Of a stretch of 64,000 nucleotides of DNA, positions 58,587 to 64,000 are shown piece after piece. How positions within the stretch are numbered: the first letter of the stretch is position 1; each line of letters starts with the position of its first letter. The position numbers were made by a program, and so were the translations under genes. Below the pieces are notes generated by a model, which was not told where the DNA came from, made no database searches, and worked only from the letters and a program-made list of their open reading frames with translations. The DNA lies in the sequence record PZ452583.1; one strand, given 5' to 3'. Source of the DNA: a phage.

Positions 58587-59555
58587 TTATTTCAGAAGAG
58601 TAACCTCAGCGATTTCTTCCCAACCGTTTTTGTCGGTCATAATAAAGTCAGCAAGATAAAGCGCAGTACGCAGTGAAACATTGCGTAAACGATTAACATT
58701 GACTTTCATCCATGATAATGCTTTATAAGTTTCTTCATCAGAAAGACCGCGCTTTTGCATCATGTCAGTTGAAAGAATAACATCTTCAACCCTGACCATA
58801 ATTTCTTCATTAGTGTGAACACCCAAATCCAAATAAACTGAGCGGGACACTAATGCTTGTAAATGTGGAGCAAGTTTAGTACCACGGTCTAATTCGCGGT
58901 CAATGTCAACGTTTGTGATAAAAACAATCGTTCCTTTAAATTCAAACTCACGCTCAATGCCTTTTTCTTCTAAGTAAGAAGATGCGGTGCTCCAGCAGAC
59001 TTTACGGGTCTCTCCGGTGTCCAGAGCAGCTTTCAGAAGATTAAGAATGTCCATATCAGAGAAAACATCCACATCATCAATCAAAAGGACAGAATTCTCT
59101 TCACGATTATTCCAAAGCTGTTCATAAAGACCGATACCAGAGATTTTACCATTAATGCTTTTATATTCAATGTATCCAATATCATTTGCTTTATTTAAAG
59201 CTTTATCTAAAGAATATGTTTTACCTATACCTGCCGCGCCAGAGATAATTAATGAACGAATATTTCCATTAATAATACCATTCGTCATCATTCCCATAAC
59301 ATTAAATCTTTTATTAATGCGGGTTTTCATATCTTCATATGATTCTTTAACTTCTTCAACTTTTACACCATCATATGAAATGTCTGATTTGTAAACCCAA
59401 ACACCGCGACGTTTACCATCAATTTCAACAAAAACTTTACCATCTCCTTGTGCATCTACCGGAGCATTATCTGGGAACCATTCACCTAAGAGCTCAAAAG
59501 TTCCAGAGATTTCTTTACCGAAGTAGATACCCTTATTGATAGTTACAGTTTTCAT
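58587..59555 (-). CDS. P-loop NTPase (about 322 aa)
   Basis: Walker A GAAGIGKT and Walker B-like LLIDDVD; start MKTVTINKG... after SD GGAGAA. Confidence 0.6.
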   Translation of the reverse strand: MKTVTINKGIYFGKEISGTFELLGEWFPDNAPVDAQGDGKVFVEIDGKRRGVWVYKSDISYDGVKVEEVKESYEDMKTRINKRFNVMGMMTNGIINGNIRSLIISGAAGIGKTYSLDKALNKANDIGYIEYKSINGKISGIGLYEQLWNNREENSVLLIDDVDVFSDMDILNLLKAALDTGETRKVCWSTASSYLEEKGIEREFEFKGTIVFITNVDIDRELDRGTKLAPHLQALVSRSVYLDLGVHTNEEIMVRVEDVILSTDMMQKRGLSDEETYKALSWMKVNVNRLRNVSLRTALYLADFIMTDKNGWEEIAEVTLLK

Positions 59556-59589
59556 TTTATTCTCCAAATCCGTATCAGTTGATAGTTGT

Positions 59590-59619
59590 ATAGTACCATA
59601 AAGCTTTATGCTTGTAAAC
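59590..59619 (-). promoter_or_regulatory. early promoter plus conserved leader
   Basis: GTTTAC (+59614-59619), 18-nt spacer ending TGG, TACTAT (+59590-59595). Confidence 0.55.
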
Positions 59620-59649
59620 AACTTTGTGAAAAATTTTTGAAATAAAAAA

Positions 59650-59667
59650 GGGAGCCCGAAGGCTCCC
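59650..59667 (-). terminator. intrinsic terminator
   Basis: GGGAGCC-UUCG-GGCUCCC hairpin followed on minus strand by UUUUUUAUUU. Confidence 0.7.
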
Positions 59668-59669
59668 TA

Positions 59670-60683
59670 TCATTTATAATAACTTCGATGGTTTTCAAGA
59701 TAGACCTTCTCAAGGAAGTCATCCCAGAAACCCATGTCTACTGTTTTAGGCATACCATTCTTAGAAGCGTCAGTAGATGCTGCTTCTACTTGATCGACCA
59801 CATCTTCCAAAAACTCTTGAACTGTTTTAAATGGATGTTTACCCAACTTCACGTCGAGAATAAATGGAGCATCTTGGAGTGGATAAACCAAGTCACCAGT
59901 TTTGTAAATTTCCAATAGTTGAAGTCCACCACGACAAGCATGACTCAGAGCTTTCCAGTCAATACCTTCATTGGCTTCGGCCTTACGAGCACGTTCACCA
60001 TATTCAGCATCTAATTTGTTCAGTGACTGCTTAAGCTCAATAAGAGAAAGCGTTGTCTGATATTTACGACCCAACACAGTGTAGAACGTTTGTGGGCCTG
60101 TTTTCTCATGATTATGGAACACCCATTCACAGAATTCGTTTTCTGGAAGACGATGCTTAATATCTTCAACTTTAGTGCGACGCTGCTTAATGGAACCGTC
60201 TTCTTGGTAATCAACCCATTGCTCAGGGATTTGATTAACTACTTTCAATACATCACGTAATGCAGCCAAACGAGAACCCTTGACACCGTATTTAGAAGCT
60301 TGCTTGCGGACATATCCTAAATATGATTTCATGTTAGTCGTATAAAAACGAGAACGGTTGTCTTGAATAAACTTCCACACATCAGGCAAATCTGATTTAA
60401 CTACTAGTTCAGGTGGAGTGTGAAGCATATCTAATGCTACGGTTTCACCATCTGCTGCTAATTTAAAGAAATATTTAAGACTGTATAGTTCATGGTCAAT
60501 ATCATCTTTAGTGTTTTTAGATGATGTGTTGTTAGTGTTTTTACTCATGTGCTCTTTGACATTTCCGATAAGAATATCGCGAGCAGGAGGAACAAAGATT
60601 TCTTTAAAATCTACATCAGATTCTGGGGTAGAAGTTCCATAAAGATGACTACCAAAATAGCTTTTCATTACTGTTTTCATCAT
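59670..60683 (-). CDS. nucleotidyltransferase-fold protein (337 aa)
   Basis: N-terminal GS-x9-DVD (YFGSHLYGTSTPESDVDF) plus downstream acidic residue (VALDML), the minimal Pol-beta-like NTase signature. Confidence 0.5.
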   Translation of the reverse strand: MMKTVMKSYFGSHLYGTSTPESDVDFKEIFVPPARDILIGNVKEHMSKNTNNTSSKNTKDDIDHELYSLKYFFKLAADGETVALDMLHTPPELVVKSDLPDVWKFIQDNRSRFYTTNMKSYLGYVRKQASKYGVKGSRLAALRDVLKVVNQIPEQWVDYQEDGSIKQRRTKVEDIKHRLPENEFCEWVFHNHEKTGPQTFYTVLGRKYQTTLSLIELKQSLNKLDAEYGERARKAEANEGIDWKALSHACRGGLQLLEIYKTGDLVYPLQDAPFILDVKLGKHPFKTVQEFLEDVVDQVEAASTDASKNGMPKTVDMGFWDDFLEKVYLENHRSYYK

Positions 60684-61141
60684 TCAGCCTTATATTCAAT
60701 AACAGGACATACTTTAGCTTTACGAGCTTTTAAAAATTCAACGATAACCGATTTCTTGGGTTGAATAGGAGGTAAACCTTTATACGCCCTATCAATATTT
60801 TCTACGTGTAAAGCATAATCCTTTTTCCATTTATAATCTTTATATTTTTCACGCAAATGTGCAGGAATAACAAATGAACCGATAATAAGTAAAACAACCA
60901 AAAGCGCAAGTATAAATGCTGATGGAAGCAAAGTCCATAAACTACCAAAAATAAGCCAACGTTGTAGGCTTTCTGCACAAATAATTGTTAGCCCTACGAG
61001 TATAGCACATCCAAAAATAGAAACGAAAAATGTAGGAATGGCAATAGACCAAAAATATGCGCATAGTGTCTTAGGTCGTTGCCATTCATCGTTAAACAAT
61101 TTGAATAATTTATAGTGCCAAGAGTTTTCATTAATAATCAT
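60680..61141 (-). CDS. membrane protein (153 aa)
   Basis: three or more hydrophobic segments. Confidence 0.5.
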   Translation of the reverse strand: MIINENSWHYKLFKLFNDEWQRPKTLCAYFWSIAIPTFFVSIFGCAILVGLTIICAESLQRWLIFGSLWTLLPSAFILALLVVLLIIGSFVIPAHLREKYKDYKWKKDYALHVENIDRAYKGLPPIQPKKSVIVEFLKARKAKVCPVIEYKAE

Positions 61142-61143
61142 AA

Positions 61144-61665
61144 TTATCCTCTCATTGAAGGCGTAACAGTTGTTAAATACTTAATCATAGCTTCAGCTTC
61201 TGATTTTGATAATGAAATTTCTCCATTGTTTTGACGAATAGAAATAAAATCCGGATGACGGTCACCACCAGCTTTTAAAACACACATATAAGTATCAACT
61301 TCATCTTCAATATTTGAAATGATTGAAGCAGTTCCACATGAATGCGGTTTTTGATAAATCAATGCAGCTTTTCTTCCGCCATTTGACTGTTCATAAACTT
61401 TTAATACATCAAACAAATCACTTCTTTTATCAATAGCTAAAATGTTATTTTCATCTTCAATGTTAAATCCTTCGGATACTTCATAAAGTGTCACCCATAA
61501 ATCGCCAATATCAATAACAGCGTTCACTTTTCCATGACTTTCAAGAGCATGACAAATTTTCTTGATTTCGTCATAACTCATTTTAATAATATCATCTCCT
61601 TGAATAAGAAAGATGTCATTTTTAAATTCAACACGAATTAAACCACTTCCACTTGAAATAAACAT
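61144..61665 (-). CDS. hypothetical protein (173 aa), paralog of next ORF
   Basis: C-terminal AMIKYLTTVTPSM resembles ALKTYLDSVIPTM of 61672-62226. Confidence 0.5.
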   Translation of the reverse strand: MFISSGSGLIRVEFKNDIFLIQGDDIIKMSYDEIKKICHALESHGKVNAVIDIGDLWVTLYEVSEGFNIEDENNILAIDKRSDLFDVLKVYEQSNGGRKAALIYQKPHSCGTASIISNIEDEVDTYMCVLKAGGDRHPDFISIRQNNGEISLSKSEAEAMIKYLTTVTPSMRG

Positions 61666-61671
61666 ATTTCC

Positions 61672-62226
61672 TCACTTTGAAATCATAGTTGGAATGACAG
61701 AATCAAGATAAGTCTTTAGCGCAATAGCTTCGTCTTTGGTAAATGTGACAATATGTGCTCGAGAATCATCATTTTGGCGAACAAGTACGACATCGCCATC
61801 TTCATAAGAAGTCTTGACATCCAAAGTCGTAGTATAATTTGCAGCTACTGGATTAATAATGTTAGCACCGCGATCTTTAGCCCATTGAAGTTTAGCCTTT
61901 TCAGGTGTTTCGACTGTTTCAGATTCCAAGAATTCTTTCACCTTGGCAACGAATGTTGCCCAATTGTTAATAGAAAGACACATAAATTCAGTTTCAATAT
62001 TACCGCCGTAAAGGCCACGATAAAAACGAACTTGGAGGTCGTCTGTAATATTAGTTACACCGGTAACTCCTGAGGGAGCATAAGATAAAATCGCAGCCAG
62101 TTCCATAGGAAGAATAGTAATACTATCGTCTTCCTGCGTCAGAACGTATACATTACCGCGTTTTTCGATAACTAGGTCACCGAACAAATCAGTTGTTTCA
62201 ATTACAGCTTTCATATTATTTACCAA
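61672..62226 (-). CDS. hypothetical protein (184 aa), paralog of previous ORF
   Basis: ORF track; shared C-terminal motif. Confidence 0.5.
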   Translation of the reverse strand: MVNNMKAVIETTDLFGDLVIEKRGNVYVLTQEDDSITILPMELAAILSYAPSGVTGVTNITDDLQVRFYRGLYGGNIETEFMCLSINNWATFVAKVKEFLESETVETPEKAKLQWAKDRGANIINPVAANYTTTLDVKTSYEDGDVVLVRQNDDSRAHIVTFTKDEAIALKTYLDSVIPTMISK

Positions 62227-62401
62227 TTAAAGTTTCAATATAAGAATCGAGATTTACTTTAGCTTCTTCCATAAGAGTTTTGTATTTAATCTTGTTGGCA
62301 TGTCCGGAAAAAGCTGATTCATCAATAATTGTTGATGTATGAACAGCTTTACTATACGTCTCAATTAATTCTCTTAATTTAAAAGCCTGCTCACTTGTCA
62401 T
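62216..62401 (-). CDS. hypothetical protein (61 aa)
   Basis: ORF track; ATG 62399-62401. Confidence 0.45.
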   Translation of the reverse strand: MTSEQAFKLRELIETYSKAVHTSTIIDESAFSGHANKIKYKTLMEEAKVNLDSYIETLIGK

Positions 62402-62505
62402 TACATACTCCTCTGAATCATATCAATAATGTTATTCACCAAATTATAAGTAAACATTGGGTAATTATATTGAATCATTACATACACAACAAACAAAACT
62501 TTCAT
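62401..62505 (-). CDS. small hydrophobic peptide (34 aa)
   Basis: ATG 62503-62505 with SD GGAGAAGAGA just after an early promoter; stop overlaps next start (TAATG). Confidence 0.25.
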   Translation of the reverse strand: MKVLFVVYVMIQYNYPMFTYNLVNNIIDMIQRSM

Positions 62506-62533
62506 TCTCTTCTCCTTGACAGTTGACAAGATT

Positions 62534-62563
62534 ACTATACCATAACCTTGCCAACTTGTAAAC
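62534..62563 (-). promoter_or_regulatory. early promoter
   Basis: GTTTAC (+62558-62563), 18-nt spacer ending TGG, TATAGT (+62534-62539). Confidence 0.55.
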
Positions 62564-62565
62564 CG

Positions 62566-62712
62566 TTAAATGTTGTTTTCAATAAAATTTTGAAGCTTTG
62601 TGTGAGCATCAACCATGATTTTCATTTCTTCCTTTGCGAAAGCTGTACCTCTTTCCCGAGAAGAACACTCATAGTCAGAAACTGCATTAGCATATTCTTC
62701 AATTAGTTTCAT
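62566..62712 (-). CDS. small helical protein (48 aa)
   Basis: ATG 62710-62712; MKLIEEYANAVSDYECSSRERG...; weak SD. Confidence 0.3.
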   Translation of the reverse strand: MKLIEEYANAVSDYECSSRERGTAFAKEEMKIMVDAHTKLQNFIENNI

Positions 62713-62728
62713 TAAAAACATCTGCTTT

Positions 62729-62923
62729 TCAGTTTTCATTATTCCACCTAATCATTTCAAGATATTGAACTAACTTAGCTTTAGATTTGTCCAAATCCTT
62801 TTTAGCTGCTTCTATACCGTCGTATGAATATCCTTCACAATGCTCAACTGCTAATTGGTATGAATCTATTTCAATATCATGCGCTAATTTAATGATTTTT
62901 TCAAACTGTTCGCGTGTTAGCAT
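62729..62923 (-). CDS. hypothetical protein (64 aa)
   Basis: ORF track; ATG 62921-62923. Confidence 0.45.
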   Translation of the reverse strand: MLTREQFEKIIKLAHDIEIDSYQLAVEHCEGYSYDGIEAAKKDLDKSKAKLVQYLEMIRWNNEN

Positions 62924-62925
62924 AA

Positions 62926-63165
62926 TTAAACTCTCGTATTATGATCGATAATTTCATCAAGAAACATATCTAACGCTTCTAAAGCATTATCAACTTTAGC
63001 TTCAAGTTCATCAATGCCTTTATTTGCAATGCCTGACGAAAACCAAGCAAAGTCACTAAGTTCCTCGTCTGCTTTACGAATTAAAGCTACCAATTCCTTA
63101 ATTTTATCCGCTTGTTCGATACTAATCATTATTCCACCACATATGAAAGAGAGAATATTGCACAC
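62926..63165 (-). CDS. hypothetical protein (79 aa)
   Basis: ORF track; start not checked. Confidence 0.4.
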
Positions 63166-63317
63166 GCCATGTGAGTTGCAACTTCATCACACATATTATA
63201 ACGTTTCTTAAGAAGTTCTACAAGTTCTTCACTAGTAACTTCATCCATGTCGACGAAAAAATCACCATTAATGATGACGTAGATATTTCCTTCTTGATTA
63301 AGTGCTTCAATTTTCAT
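63129..63317 (-). CDS. hypothetical protein (about 62 aa)
   Basis: ATG 63315-63317 with SD GAGGAG; track start (TTG) lies inside the promoter. Confidence 0.45.
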
Positions 63318-63345
63318 GATGTTCTCCTCTTTATCCGATGGTTGT

Positions 63346-63375
63346 ATAGTATCACAGCTCAAATGGAAAGTAAAC
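63346..63375 (-). promoter_or_regulatory. early promoter
   Basis: GTTTAC (+63370-63375), 18-nt spacer ending TGA, TACTAT (+63346-63351). Confidence 0.5.
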
Positions 63376-63390
63376 CGGTAAAATGAAAAA

Positions 63391-63408
63391 AGTCTCCCGA
63401 AGGAGACT
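63391..63408 (-). terminator. intrinsic terminator
   Basis: AGUCUCC-UUCG-GGAGACU hairpin followed on minus strand by UUUUUUCAUUUU. Confidence 0.65.
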
Positions 63409-63412
63409 AACG

Positions 63413-63799
63413 TTATTCGAGGGAAAGAAGATATTTACTCTGGTAAAACATTCCAGTAATATCATCTATCGTGCTTTGAATGGCTGGAGGCATTTCTTTG
63501 TAAATGCTGTTAGATTGGTCTAGTATGCGATCAATCATTTTAATTGTGTCGGTAGGAAGTTTACTGGCATCTGGAATTGAAGGTGTGTATTTTCTACCAG
63601 AATACCCCAAATATTGCTCACCAAATTTATCAATCAAATCTGGCAACTCGGAGAAAATAAAATCGTATGCTTTGTGTCTAGCATAACTTTTAGTTTCAAA
63701 ATGTGCAGAATGAAAATAAGTTTGTGCAGCCATTAATAAACCTAAGTATTCATCTGCCTTTGAAGGTTTTCCACTTTGTGAAAAGTCGCTGAATTTCAT
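63413..63799 (-). CDS. hypothetical protein (128 aa)
   Basis: ATG 63797-63799 with SD GGAGACTGA. Confidence 0.5.
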
Positions 63800-63990
63800 T
63801 CAGTCTCCAATTTAATGTTCATAATTCTAGCGTATGATTGTGCCATCTCCGCGCATCGCTCTATACATTCAAAATCAGAAGAGCACGGGTCATTTTTATA
63901 GGTCGTTCTCATAAAACTATAGAATTGTTCAGACGATTCTACGCTTTTATTTTCAAAAAGCATATAAACGTGCCTAATACCAGATTCCAT
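63796..63990 (-). CDS. hypothetical protein (64 aa)
   Basis: ATG 63988-63990; upstream context falls outside the window. Confidence 0.4.
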   Translation of the reverse strand: MESGIRHVYMLFENKSVESSEQFYSFMRTTYKNDPCSSDFECIERCAEMAQSYARIMNIKLETE

Positions 63991-64000
63991 AAATTTATCA

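Overview
The window is a gene-dense, AT-rich stretch of a T4-like (T-even, Tevenvirinae) phage genome, transcribed almost entirely on the minus strand, with no rRNA, tRNA, CRISPR array, integrase or transposase recognised. It crosses the conventional T4 map origin and keeps T4 gene order: motA, 52, stp, ndd, denB, rIIB, rIIA, 39, dexA, dda, srd, modA, modB, soc, 56, dam, 61, sp, dmd, 41, 40, uvsX, a GT-A glycosyltransferase in the beta-gt slot, 42, imm, 43, regA, 62, 44, 45, rpbA, 46, 47, a-gt, 55, nrdH, nrdG, nrdD, 49, pin, nrdC, then a block of uncharacterised ORFs. Differences from the T4 reference point to a T2/T6-type backbone: gene 39 is unsplit (605 aa, no gene 60), soc and 56 are adjacent with no homing-endonuclease gene, nrdD is uninterrupted, and the beta-gt slot holds an unrelated glycosyltransferase. 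Regulatory architecture is readable directly: about 17 early promoters of the form GTTTAC, 18-nt spacer ending TGG, then TA(C/T)(T/A)AT; two MotA-box middle promoters (upstream of 45 and a-gt); one late TATAAATA promoter upstream of soc; and many GC stem-loops with a UUCG loop on the transcribed strand. Terminator hairpin plus early promoter plus a near-identical 5-prime leader recurs as a cassette at several sites, resembling the promoter-early stem-loop cassettes described for T4-type phages. I did not find a clearly novel multi-gene system; the best candidates for follow-up are a nuclease-like ORF with a divergent membrane ORF between dam and 61, four tandem coiled-coil proteins beyond nrdC, and an adjacent P-loop ATPase / nucleotidyltransferase-fold pair. 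All identifications rest on motifs, lengths and synteny recalled from T4, not on database searches. The ORF track often extends ORFs to upstream GTG/TTG codons; where I moved a start to an ATG with a Shine-Dalgarno (SD) sequence, coordinates may be off by 1-3 nt.
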